Shown: positions 50,472 through 59,869 of the stretch, in pieces | Layout: each line of letters opens with the position of its first letter | How positions within the stretch are numbered: position 1 is the first letter of the stretch | Assembly: GCA_963842525.1 (NCBI GenBank) | Contig: CAWJGT010000012.1 | Location: 32,001-96,000 of the forward strand | Source of the DNA: an uncultured Holophagales bacterium | GTDB lineage: Bacteria; Acidobacteriota; Thermoanaerobaculia; Multivoradales; UBA5704 | Reading direction: 5' to 3' | DNA: 64,000 nucleotides | Translations under genes and position numbers: made by a program | The notes under the pieces: model-generated | Told to the model about the DNA's origin: nothing | The model's input: the letters and a program-made list of their open reading frames with translations, nothing else | The model's database searches: none

Positions 50472-52039
50472 CTAGCGGGCGTACTCGACGGATCGGGTCT
50501 CGCGGATCACGGTCACCTTGATCTGGCCCGGGTAGGTCAGCTCCTGCTCGATCTTGCGCGCGATGTCCTTGCGACAGCCAGAGGGCCTGCTCGTCGCCGA
50601 TCTTGCCGCTGTCGACGATGATGCGGATCTCGCGGCCGGCCTGGATGGCGAAGGTCTTCTGCACCCCTTTGAAGGCGCCGGCGATCTCCTCGAGCTTCTC
50701 CAGGCGCTTGACGTAGGTCTCGAGCACCTCGCGCCGGGCGCCGGGCCGGGCGGCGGAGAGGGCGTCGGCGGCGGTGACCAGCACGGCCTCGACGGTCTGC
50801 GGGTCGTAGTCGCCGTGGTGGCAGGCCATGGCGTGGACGACCTCCTCGGTCTCGCCGAATTTGCGCAGCAGGTCGATGCCGATCTGCAGGTGGGTGCCGT
50901 CCATCTCGCGGTCGATCGCCTTGCCGATGTCGTGCACCAGGCCGGCGCGGCGGGCGACCTGCGACGTTGACCTTGAGCTCGGCGGCCATGGTGCCGGCGA
51001 GGAAGGCGACCTCCTTGCTGTGATGGAGGACGTTCTGGCCGTAGGAGGTGCGGTAGCGGAGCCGGCCGAGGAGCTTGACCAGCTCGGGGTGCATGCCGGG
51101 GATGCCCAGCTCCAGCAGCGCCGCCTCCCCTTCCTGCAGGATCTTCTGCTCGAACTCGGCCTTGACCTTCTCGACGATCTCCTCGATGCGCGCCGGGTGG
51201 ATGCGGCCGTCGACGATCAGCCGTTCGAGCGCGACCCGGGCCACCTCGCGGCGGAACGGGTCGAAGCCGGAGAGGATGACCGCCTCGGGCGTGTCGTCGA
51301 CGATCAGGTCGACGCCGGTGGCCATCTCCAGGGCGCGGATGTTGCGGCCCTCGCGGCCGATGATCCGCCCCTTCATCTCGTCGTTGGGAAGCATGACGAC
51401 CGAGACGGTGGTCTCGGAGACGTAGTCGGAGGCCGACCGCTGGACCGCCATGCCGATGATCCGCTGCGCCTGCCTGGTGGCCTGCTCGCGGGCCTCGTCC
51501 TCGATCCGCTTGACGATGTGGGCCGCCTCGATCTTGGCCTCGTCCTCCATGACGCGGACCAGCTCGTCGCGCGCCTGCTGGGCGGTGAGGCCGGCGATCT
51601 GCTCGAGACGGCCGCGCTCCTCCTCCACCATCCGGTCGAGGTCGCCTTCCTTCTTTTCGAGGGTCTTCTCGCGGCCGGCCAGGGAGCGGTCGAGCTGGTT
51701 GAGCTCCTTCTCCCGCTTGGCCTGCTCGTCGGTCTTCTTGTCGAGGTTGTCTTCCTTCTGGGTGAGGCGCCGCTCGAGGGCCTCCAGCTCGGTGCGCCGC
51801 TTGCGCGACGCCGACTCGAATTCGCTGCGGGCCTGGAGGAGCTTCTCCTTGGCGGCCACGTCGGCTTCGCGCAGACGGGTCTCGCTCTGCCGCCGCGCGT
51901 CTTCGAGGACGCCGTCGGATTCGCGCTGCGCCTGGGCGAGGATGCGCTTCGCCTCCCGGCGGATCCCGAACCACCAGATCAGGAGGAAGATCACGCCCAC
52001 GGCAAATGCCGTAGCAAGAATGATGATTTCGGTAGTCAA
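50472..52039 (-). CDS. rny: Ribonuclease Y (frameshifts ~50960 and ~50572)
   Basis: N-terminal TM, coiled coil, [15 protein letters not shown] domain, HDIGK HD motif, [12 protein letters not shown]. Confidence 0.95.
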
Positions 52040-52103
52040 CGTTGCCCCCTGCTCTCGCGAGTAGGGGGGGTCAGGGTCGAGACGGGAGAGCTTTCGATAA
52101 AAA

Positions 52104-52291
52104 CATCCCCCGCACGGCCGTGAGGGCCCGAGCGTTTAGAACCTGAAACGCACCAGGTGGGTGTCCGCTCCACGAGCCGTTAGCGTCCTCGTCGATGCGA
52201 GGCTGGCACGGGCCACGCGGGTAAAAGACTCCCTGGGTATAAATGTTGGTTCTAGTATCGTGGTACCCATCACGCACCGCACAGGGGATGC
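52104..52291 (-). ncRNA. ssrS: 6S RNA
   Basis: Closing stem CATCCCC/GGGGATG, internal GAACC/GGTTC pairing, central A/U-rich bulge and CACCCACCTG motif; canonical position between zapA and rny. Confidence 0.85.
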
Positions 52292-52338
52292 AAATCTGTC
52301 TGACATATCGCGCGTCATGGCGGATTCCGCAGTCCTGC

Positions 52339-52626
52339 TCAACTCTCCAGGGCGCGGCTTAATTCCTCGGTCAGCTCCGCCACCTTCTCCTTGATCTCGA
52401 CCCGTTCCCCTTCCTGTCGTTTCTGCACCCGCAACAATTCGTCTGCCAGGTTGAGCGCCGCCAGAATCGCGATCCGTGCCGTGTCGGCCGAGGTCGCATG
52501 CTGGGCGACCTCCCGCATCCTGCGGTCCACGAGGTCGGCCAGACTCTGGAGGTACCCGGAGTCGTCGGTTCCGCGCACATGGTACACCGAGCCGAAGATC
52601 TCAACAGCGGTGTTGGCTCCTGGCAT
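52339..52626 (-). CDS. zapA: Cell division protein ZapA
   Basis: [31 protein letters not shown]. Confidence 0.9.
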   Translation of the reverse strand: MPGANTAVEIFGSVYHVRGTDDSGYLQSLADLVDRRMREVAQHATSADTARIAILAALNLADELLRVQKRQEGERVEIKEKVAELTEELSRALES

Positions 52627-52731
52627 GGCGCTCACGTACGCACTTCGTGCCTTCACCGGCAAGTCACATCGGGCCAGCGAGTTGGCGGAGGCCACTATAG
52701 CACACGGCCCGAAGTTACAATGCCCCCTGCC

Positions 52732-53801
52732 ATGCCACTCCCGGGCTACCCCGCCCTCCGCAAGCTGCTCTTCCGCCTCGACCCCGAAGCGAGCCACGGC
52801 CTCGGGATCGGAGCCCTCCGCGCTCTCCAGTCCGTGCCCTCTTTGGCCCGGGCGGTGGAGCGCAGGTATCGGATCGACGCGGCGCCGCTGCGGCAGACCC
52901 TTTTCGGCCGGGTCTTCCCGAACCCGGTCGGCCTCGCCGCGGGGTTCGACAAGGACGCGGTCGCCGTCCGCGGCCTGGCGGCGCTCGGCTTCGGCTTCGT
53001 CGAGGTCGGGACCGTCACCCCCCGGCCCCAGGCCGGCAACCCGCGCCCGCGGCTGTTCCGCCTGCCGGAGGCCGGCGAGCCTCCAGAACGCCCTCGGCTT
53101 CAACAACGCCGGCATGGAGGCCGCCCGCCGCCGCCTGGAGACGGCTCTATCCGGCTCCGGTCCCCCTCGGGGTGAACGTCGGCAAGAACAAGGCGACGCC
53201 CCCGGAGGAGGCGCTCGGCGACTATGAGATTCTGATCCGGACGCTCGAGCCGTTCTGCGACTACCTGGTGGTGAACCTCTCCTCGCCGAACACCCCGGGC
53301 CTGCGCGACCTCCAGAACGAGACCTTCGTACGCGCTCTGCTGGCCGCGGCCTCCGGTCTCACGCGTAAGCCGGTCCTGGTCAAGATCGCTCCGGACCTTG
53401 ATCCTGACGCTGCCGCCACCCTGGCCGAGGTGGCGGTCGAAGCGGGCGCCGCCGGGATCGTGGCCACCAACACGACCAACGACTACTCTCTCCTGCCCGG
53501 GGTGAGGGATTTCGGCGGCTTGTCCGGCAAGGTGCTGCGGGAGAAGAGCTTCCGGGTGTTCGAAGCCGTAGCCCGACGCCTCTTCGGCCGCGCCGTGCTC
53601 ATCAGCGTCGGAGGGATCGACTCCGGGGCCGAGGCCTACCGGAGGATTCGAGCCGGCGCCTCCCTGGTGCAGGTCTACACCGCGCTGGTCTACCAGGGGC
53701 CGTCGCTCGCCCGCCGGATCAACGAGGAGCTGCTGGCGCTGATGGAGCGGGACGGGGTGAAGGAGATCGGGGAGGCGGTGGGGGCGGACGTCACTCCCTA
53801 G
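52732..53801 (+). CDS. pyrD: Quinone-dependent dihydroorotate dehydrogenase (frameshifts ~53075-53160)
   Basis: [51 protein letters not shown]. Confidence 0.92.
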
Positions 53802-53803
53802 CC

Positions 53804-53853
53804 GCCCGGGCATGAATGCCCGGGCTAGGAACGGCGCCGGGTAAACCCGGCTT
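53804..53853. repeat. REP-like double hairpin after pyrD
   Basis: GCCCGGGCAT-GA-ATGCCCGGGC followed by GCCGGGT-AA-ACCCGGC. Confidence 0.6.
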
Positions 53854-54273
53854 CAAAGCCCCAGTCATGGGGCGCCGACGGAGTAAGAAGGCCGAGCAGG
53901 GATGCCGGCGCTCCCAGGCCCACGCCCCGCCCCAAGGACGATCCCACCGTACTGATCTGGGCAATTCGGACTGTCGCCTCTCCAGGCCCTTGATTCTACG
54001 CTACTTAACTCCTGCTCGGCCGTTACCCCCCTTTCTGGCCTGTGCGGAAGTCCTCCCGGGAGTCGTTTTTCAGCTTCGTTCACGCTTGTAACTCTCGTCT
54101 TTTCAGTGAATTGAGCTCTCCGCCGTTACCCCGCTGACAAAACGCCATTTTTGAGCTGGCATGATTTGTGACCGGCACGATTCTTTCCTGGCTGGACGGG
54201 TTGTCAAAGAGCGCGTCTCACCTGCTGTCTACTTCGACACGGTCCGCCGGAGATCTGTTGGACGCGGTTTCTT

Positions 54274-54330
54274 CCCTGGGAGCGCCGGCATCCTCGCGTC
54301 TGAGCCGGCGGGACGCCAGCGTTCCCAGGG
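54274..54330. repeat. REP-like palindrome of a second family; half copy at ~53895-53918
   Basis: CCCTGGGAGCGCCGGCATCC...GGACGCCAGCGTTCCCAGGG; GGGATGCCGGCGCTCCCAGG near 53900. Confidence 0.65.
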
Positions 54331-54340
54331 CCCACGTCCC

Positions 54341-54991
54341 CGTCGCAACATGTCCATCACCCGTCGCAGAGCGTAGAGACACTGTCGCAGTGTAAAGTGT
54401 CGAGCCCGTCGCATCGCGGCGCTTTGTCGCATCGCATTGGGCACTGTTACAGCGTAAGCTCACGCTGTCGCAGAGGATGGATGCTCTGCGACAGCGTGAG
54501 CTTACACTGTCGCAGAGGCAGCTTACGCTGCGACTGCGGAGCTTGCACTGTCGCACGGTCTTGCGAGCCCCGGACGATGCCTCCTCACTCCGGCACAATG
54601 CAGCCAGACAATGTCGCACATGCTTCCAGTCATGTTGCAGAGTGTTGCCGCATCGTCGCGCAGTCTCCAGGCGCTGTCGCGGAATGCTGCTACGCTGTAG
54701 CGGCGTCGCCTGATCTGTTTCAGCGTGGGGTACACCTGTTGCATCGTCCAGGAGCGTTGCCGCAGGTCTCGTTGGCAAGGGGTCGCCGCGAGCCGGCACT
54801 ACGTAAATGCCTGGTGCGTTGCGACAGCGTCGAGGGGCAACGGGCCGGTGTCGCTCCGCCCGATTCAACGGCAAGCTGACACTGTCGCAGCGTCAGCATA
54901 CCTGCGACAGAGCAAGCGTGCAGGGGGTGCGGTTCGGCTTGGTTGCGACACCGCAGATCGCTTCAGGAGAAAGCTGCGTGACGTTGCGACA
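54341..54991. repeat. Non-coding array of TGTCGCA/TGCGACA heptamers with 20-21-bp period
   Basis: Motif or near-motif starts at 54341, 362, 383, 425, 445, 466, 487, 508, 529, 549, 612, 633, 654, 675, 696, 716, 737, 758, 820, 883, 903, 944, 985. Confidence 0.85.
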
Positions 54992-55014
54992 GCCTCCGGA
55001 GAGACGAGATGAGG

Positions 55015-55284
55015 CTACTCCAGCAGCCCTCCCAGGTGCTCGACCAGCCGCTCGACCCGGCCGCGGATCTCCTGGCGCTCCTCGACCCAGCGCTGGGCCT
55101 CGCCGGGGGAGGCCGCGGCGGCGAGGCGCTCTTCCAGCTCCTCGATCCGCCGGTGGAGCGCAGTGTTCTCGCTCCGCAGCTCGCGGAGGCGTTCGCCCGC
55201 GGCGCGGACCTTCTCCTCCAGCACGGTCATCCATTCGGTGCCGGTGTCCGCCATGGGCGGCTCGGCGGTTGCAGTCTTGGCCAT
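55015..55284 (-). CDS. ZapB-like coiled-coil protein
   Basis: LEEKV..LRELRSEN..EERQEIRGRVERL; TGATG-coupled to pheT. Confidence 0.7.
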   Translation of the reverse strand: MAKTATAEPPMADTGTEWMTVLEEKVRAAGERLRELRSENTALHRRIEELEERLAAAASPGEAQRWVEERQEIRGRVERLVEHLGGLLE

Positions 55285-57359
55285 CAGGACCTCCATCCGA
55301 AGCGGCGCTCGAGCTCCGCCGTCAGGGTGCTCTGGCGCTCGTTGACCTCGTCCTGGGTCAGGGAGCGCTCCGGCGAGTTGTAGAGGAATGAGATCGTCGT
55401 GTTCACCGCCCCCTCGGGCACGCCCTGGCCCTGGTAGCGGACCTTGAGCCCGTACCAGACGAGGTCGGCCGGCCGCAGCCCGGCGATCACCCGGTCGATG
55501 TCCACCCAGGGGGTGGCGAGCGCGTGCGTCAGGGTGAAGTCGGCGTCGATGGCCGGGTGGCGCGAGGGGATCTCCACGGCCAGGCTCTGCTCGCCGCCCG
55601 TCAGGCCATCCAGGGCGACCTCGGCGACATAGAGAGGGTAGCCCTCGTCCTCCTCGACCCGACCCAGATAGCCGATCACCTGGCTGTCCGCCGAGGTCCG
55701 GTCCGGCCGGAACAGCTCGGCCGTGTTGCCGGCGAGCAGCCCTTTGAGCTCGGCAGGCCGTGCCTCCAGAGGCACCCCGAGCGCCTCGGCCAGGCCCTCG
55801 ACGGCGCCCTTCAGGTCGAAGAAGTCGAGCTCCACCTCCCGCTGCCAGGGGTTGCCCACCGTGCCGCCGCAGACCAGGCCCAGGACCTCGGGCTCGTCCG
55901 CCGGGTCGGGGGTTCCCTTGTAGAAGACGCTGCCGATCTCGAACAGCCGCACCGCGGGGAGACCCCGCCGCTGGTTGAACCGGGCGGTCTCCACGAGGTT
56001 GGGCAGGAGCGACCGGCGCAGCACCGCGTAGGCCTCGGAGAGCGGGTTGGCGAGCGCCACCGGCTCGGCAGGGGGGAGCAGGCTGTGGAAGCGCGCGTCC
56101 TGCGCCCGGCTCTGGAAGACGAAGTGGACCGCCTCGGCGTAGCCGGCCGCCGCCAGGTACCCGCGGACGCGGTCGCGCAGGCGCTGCCGCGGCGTCCGCG
56201 GGCCGTCCGAGCCCATCAGGCTCGGCAGGGTCGACGGGATGCCGTCCAGCCCGTGGATGCGCAGGACCTCCTCGAAGAGGTCGGCCTCGTAGGCGCTGCC
56301 GTCCGGCCGCGGCTGGAAGTCGAAGAGGCGCCAGGAAGGGACCGTCACGTTCCATAGACCGTCGCCGGTGCTCTCCAGCCTGAAGCCGAGCCCGGTCAGC
56401 CAGCGCTCGGCGTCGGCCGCGCGGATCTCGATCCCGGCGAAGGCGTTCAGCCGGGCAAGGTCCAGGCGACCCCCGAGAGGCTTGGGGAAACCTTCCCGCC
56501 GCTCGTCGATCGCTCCGGCGAGGACCGTCCCACCTGCGGCCTGCGCGATCAGCAGGGCCGCCCGGCTGGCCGCCTCCAGGCAGGCTTCGGGGTCGGCCCC
56601 CCGTTCGAAGCGGTGGCTTGCGTCGGTGTGCATGCCGAGCCCGCGCGCCGTGAGGCGTACCTGCTTGCGGTCGAAGTGCGCGCTCTCGAGCAGGATGTCG
56701 GTCGTCGCGTCCGTGACCTCGCTGTCGGCGCCGCCCATGACGCCGGCGAGGCCCACCGGCCGCTCGGCGTCGGCGATGACCAGCATGCCGGGAGCGAGCT
56801 TGCGCTCGACGCCGTCGAGGGTGGTCAGAGCCTCGCCCTCGCGCGCAGGCCGCACCACGATCTTCGCGCCGGCCAGCTTCGCGAGGTCGAAGGCGTGGAG
56901 CGGCTGGCCCATCTCCCAGAGGACGAAGTTGGTGACGTCCACCACGTTGTTGATCGACCGCAGGCCGATGGATTCGAGGCGCTTGCGCAGCCAGTCCGGG
57001 CTCGGGCCGATCCTGACGCCGCGGACGACCCGGGCCACGTACCGCGGGCAGCCCTCGTCGTCCTCGACCTCGACGCTTGCGGCGTCCTGGCTGCGCTCCG
57101 TGCGCTTCGGGCGGGGCGCCGTCGGGCCGAGGGGCCGGCGCAGCGGCCGGTCGTAGAGGACCGCCGCCTCCCGCGCCAGGCCGAGATGGTTCATGGCATC
57201 GGGCCGGTTGGTGGTGACCTCGACGTCGAAGACGGCGTCGCCGTCCCGCTCCTCGATGCTGTCGGTGTTGAGCCCGGCGGCGGTCAGCCGCCGGGCCAGC
57301 TCCTTGGGATCGGCCGGGAGGTCGACGTACTCGGCGAGCCAGCTCCGGGAGAACAGCAT
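55284..57359 (-). CDS. pheT: Phenylalanine-tRNA ligase beta subunit (short form without the OB tRNA-binding domain)
   Basis: WLAEYVD, TNRPD, INNVVDVTN, GQPLHAFD, ASHRFERG, LFEEVLR, C-terminal anticodon-binding domain. Confidence 0.95.
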   Translation of the reverse strand: MLFSRSWLAEYVDLPADPKELARRLTAAGLNTDSIEERDGDAVFDVEVTTNRPDAMNHLGLAREAAVLYDRPLRRPLGPTAPRPKRTERSQDAASVEVEDDEGCPRYVARVVRGVRIGPSPDWLRKRLESIGLRSINNVVDVTNFVLWEMGQPLHAFDLAKLAGAKIVVRPAREGEALTTLDGVERKLAPGMLVIADAERPVGLAGVMGGADSEVTDATTDILLESAHFDRKQVRLTARGLGMHTDASHRFERGADPEACLEAASRAALLIAQAAGGTVLAGAIDERREGFPKPLGGRLDLARLNAFAGIEIRAADAERWLTGLGFRLESTGDGLWNVTVPSWRLFDFQPRPDGSAYEADLFEEVLRIHGLDGIPSTLPSLMGSDGPRTPRQRLRDRVRGYLAAAGYAEAVHFVFQSRAQDARFHSLLPPAEPVALANPLSEAYAVLRRSLLPNLVETARFNQRRGLPAVRLFEIGSVFYKGTPDPADEPEVLGLVCGGTVGNPWQREVELDFFDLKGAVEGLAEALGVPLEARPAELKGLLAGNTAELFRPDRTSADSQVIGYLGRVEEDEGYPLYVAEVALDGLTGGEQSLAVEIPSRHPAIDADFTLTHALATPWVDIDRVIAGLRPADLVWYGLKVRYQGQGVPEGAVNTTISFLYNSPERSLTQDEVNERQSTLTAELERRFGWRS

Positions 57360-58402
57360 CAGGCGCGCACCTGCCGCAGCACCCGCTCGTCGTTCTCGAA
57401 CAGCAGGCGGATGTTGGGGATGCCGCCGTAGCGGTTCATCGCCACCCGGTCGACGCCCATGCCGAAGGCGAAGCCGGAATAGACGTCCGGGTCGATGCCG
57501 CACCCGGCGAGCACCCGCGGGTCGACCATGCCGCAGCCGAGGATCTCCATCCAGCCAGTGTTCGAGCAGACGGCGCACCCGGCGCCTTTGCAGGTCTGGC
57601 AGGTGACGTCCACCTCGGCGGACGGCTCGGTGAAGGGGAAGAAGCTCGGCCGCAGCCGGATCTTCGTGTCGGGCGTGAAGAGGCGGGTGAGGAAGGCCTC
57701 CAGCGTCCCCTTCAAGTCCCCCACCGTGATCCCCTCGGCCACGGCCAGGGCCTCGACCTGGTGGAACATGGGCGAGTGCCGCAGGTCGTTGTCGTTGCGG
57801 AACACGCGGCCCGGGCAGATGACGCGGATCGGCGGCTTGCGGGCCAGCATGGTCCGGATCTGCACCGGCGAGGTATGGGTGCGCAGCAGATAGCCGTTCT
57901 CCAGGAACAGCGTGTCCTGCGTGTCGCGCGCCGGGTGGTCCGGCGGGAAATTCAAGGCCTCGAAGTTGTGGTAGTCGTCCTCGACCTCGGGCCCTTCGGC
58001 GACGCTGAAGCCGAGCTCGGCGAAGATGTCCTCCATCTCGCGGACGACCCGGGTGATCGGATGAAGGGTGCCGAGGGCGGGCCGGCGGCCGGGCAGGGTG
58101 ACGTCCACCGCGGCGCTCCGGCGGGCCGCCTCGCGCTCGCGGGAGACGATCACCTCGTCGAGCTCGGCGAGGCGGGCCTCGACCCGCTCCTTGAGCGTAT
58201 TGACCGCCTGGCCGTAGGCGCGCCGGTCCGCGGCCGGCACCTCGCCGGTGCGAGCGAGGAGGGAGCGGACGATCCCCTGCTTGCGCCCGATCCAACGCAG
58301 GCGCAGCTCTTCCCAGGCCTCACGGCCGGGGACGCCCGCAGCCTCCCGCTCGAACTGTTCGGCGAGCGCAGTGGTTTCCGGGGTGTCCGCCCCGTCCGCC
58401 AT
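57359..58402 (-). CDS. pheS: Phenylalanine-tRNA ligase alpha subunit
   Basis: HPARDTQDT, LRTHTSPVQ, FPFTEPS, GFAFGMG. Confidence 0.97.
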   Translation of the reverse strand: MADGADTPETTALAEQFEREAAGVPGREAWEELRLRWIGRKQGIVRSLLARTGEVPAADRRAYGQAVNTLKERVEARLAELDEVIVSREREAARRSAAVDVTLPGRRPALGTLHPITRVVREMEDIFAELGFSVAEGPEVEDDYHNFEALNFPPDHPARDTQDTLFLENGYLLRTHTSPVQIRTMLARKPPIRVICPGRVFRNDNDLRHSPMFHQVEALAVAEGITVGDLKGTLEAFLTRLFTPDTKIRLRPSFFPFTEPSAEVDVTCQTCKGAGCAVCSNTGWMEILGCGMVDPRVLAGCGIDPDVYSGFAFGMGVDRVAMNRYGGIPNIRLLFENDERVLRQVRA

Positions 58403-58404
58403 CC

Positions 58405-58809
58405 TCAGGCCTCCGCGGGGGCCGGAGCCGTCTGCTGCTCGTTCTGTCCGGCGGCCTCGAGCGCGTTCTTGGCCGTCTCGGCGATGCGGGCGAAGCCTTC
58501 GGCGTCGCGCACCGCGATGTCGGCGAGGACCTTGCGGTCGAGGTCGGAGCCGGCGGCCTTGAGGCCGGCGATCAGCTTGCTGTAGTTGAGCCCGTGCAGG
58601 TGCGCCGCCGCGTTGATCCGCACGATCCAGAGGCTGCGGAGCTGGCGCTTCTTCTGGCGCCGGTCGCGGTAGGCGTAGTTGAGGGACTTGTCGACCGCCT
58701 GCTTGGCGATGCGGTGGGCTTTCGACTTCAGGCCAAAGTAGCCCTTGGCAAGGCCCAGGATCTTCTTGCGGCGCTGGACGCGCTTGTTTCCACGCTTGAC
58801 ACGTGCCAT
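58405..58809 (-). CDS. rplT: 50S ribosomal protein L20
   Basis: [33 protein letters not shown]. Confidence 0.97.
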   Translation of the reverse strand: MARVKRGNKRVQRRKKILGLAKGYFGLKSKAHRIAKQAVDKSLNYAYRDRRQKKRQLRSLWIVRINAAAHLHGLNYSKLIAGLKAAGSDLDRKVLADIAVRDAEGFARIAETAKNALEAAGQNEQQTAPAPAEA

Positions 58810-58967
58810 GTCTTGACCTCGTTCCTGCTCCCGCGCGCCGGTGATCCCCGGGGGGAGCGGTCAGGCCCGCAATGGCTCCAGGGGAGCGCCGGATGAAACC
58901 GGCCGGGCTCCGGCCCCCGGTGGACAGGTCCTTTTCCCACCGGCAGCCGATCGTTTGTCCGTCTGTC

Positions 58968-59165
58968 CTACTGCGAATGCAGCATCGCTCGGATGGTGCG
59001 CGAGAACGCGGGCGAGACCGCAGTGGATTTGCGCAGGTTGCGCTTCCGCTTGGTGGTCTTCTTCGTGAGGATGTGGCTGTGCATCGACTGGTGACGCGTC
59101 ACCTTGCCAGTCCCCGTGACCTTGAACCGCTTCGCGGCACCCTTGTGTGTCTTCTGCTTCGGCAA
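58968..59165 (-). CDS. rpmI: 50S ribosomal protein L35 (TTG start)
   Basis: [26 protein letters not shown]. Confidence 0.95.
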   Translation of the reverse strand: MPKQKTHKGAAKRFKVTGTGKVTRHQSMHSHILTKKTTKRKRNLRKSTAVSPAFSRTIRAMLHSQ

Positions 59166-59261
59166 GGGTCCTCTCCTTTTCTGGACAAAAATACGCCCCT
59201 GACCCGGTCCGGACCTCACTCCGAGGTCGGGTCAGCGGCTGTTCCTGAAGCTCCACGAGGC

Positions 59262-59795
59262 TCAGGAAGCCGTCTTCTTGATCCCGTGGCGCGGCGGACC
59301 GTAGATGACGTGCATCCGGTTGCCCGCCATTTCGGGGCGCGATTCTAGCACCGCTCGCTCCCCCAAGTCTTCCGTCAGCCGCGCGATCAGCTTGTGGCCC
59401 AGGTCCTGCCGCGCCATCTCGCGGCCACGGAACTGGACGGTGGCCTTGACCTTGTCGCCCTCTTCCAGGAAGCGGATCGCGTTCTTGAGCTTGAAGTCGT
59501 AGTCGTGGTCGTCGATGTTCGGCCGGAACTTGACTTCCTTGACCTGGATGATCTTCTGCTTCTTCTTGGACTCGTGGGACTTCTTCTTCTGCTGGTAGAG
59601 GAACTTGCCGAAGTCCATGATGCGGCAGACCGGCGGCTTGGCCGTCGGCGCCACCTCCACCAGGTCGAGCCCCTGTGCCTGCGCCATGCGCAGTGCCTCC
59701 TCGATGGGGACGATCCCCGCTTGGCCGCCTTCGGCGTCGACGAGGCGCACTTCGCGAACCCGGATGCGTTCGTTGATTCGGGCCGTTCTGTCGAT
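59262..59795 (-). CDS. infC: Translation initiation factor IF-3 (probable ATC start)
   Basis: RINERIRVREVRLV, DLVEVAP, PPVCRIMDFGK, FRGRE; SD GGGGGTGA 7 nt before ATC. Confidence 0.93.
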   Translation of the reverse strand: MDRTARINERIRVREVRLVDAEGGQAGIVPIEEALRMAQAQGLDLVEVAPTAKPPVCRIMDFGKFLYQQKKKSHESKKKQKIIQVKEVKFRPNIDDHDYDFKLKNAIRFLEEGDKVKATVQFRGREMARQDLGHKLIARLTEDLGERAVLESRPEMAGNRMHVIYGPPRHGIKKTAS

Positions 59796-59869
59796 AGTCA
59801 GCTCACCCCCTGGGAGCGCCGGGCCTCCATGGGCCCGGAATGGTCGTTCACTTTCAAGGTCTCCTCCTC

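Noticed and set aside
54341-54991. CRISPR array
   Set aside because: Repeat only 7-9 bp, spacers 12-14 bp, mixed orientation, no cas genes
54218-55012. Cys/Arg-rich ORFs over the phased array as proteins
   Set aside because: They are translations of the DNA motif (LCDSVS, CRR); period shifts of 20 bp break frame and there is no RBS or host-like codon usage
55284-57359. PheT lacking the OB tRNA-binding domain as a novelty
   Set aside because: Short PheT forms are known in several bacterial lineages
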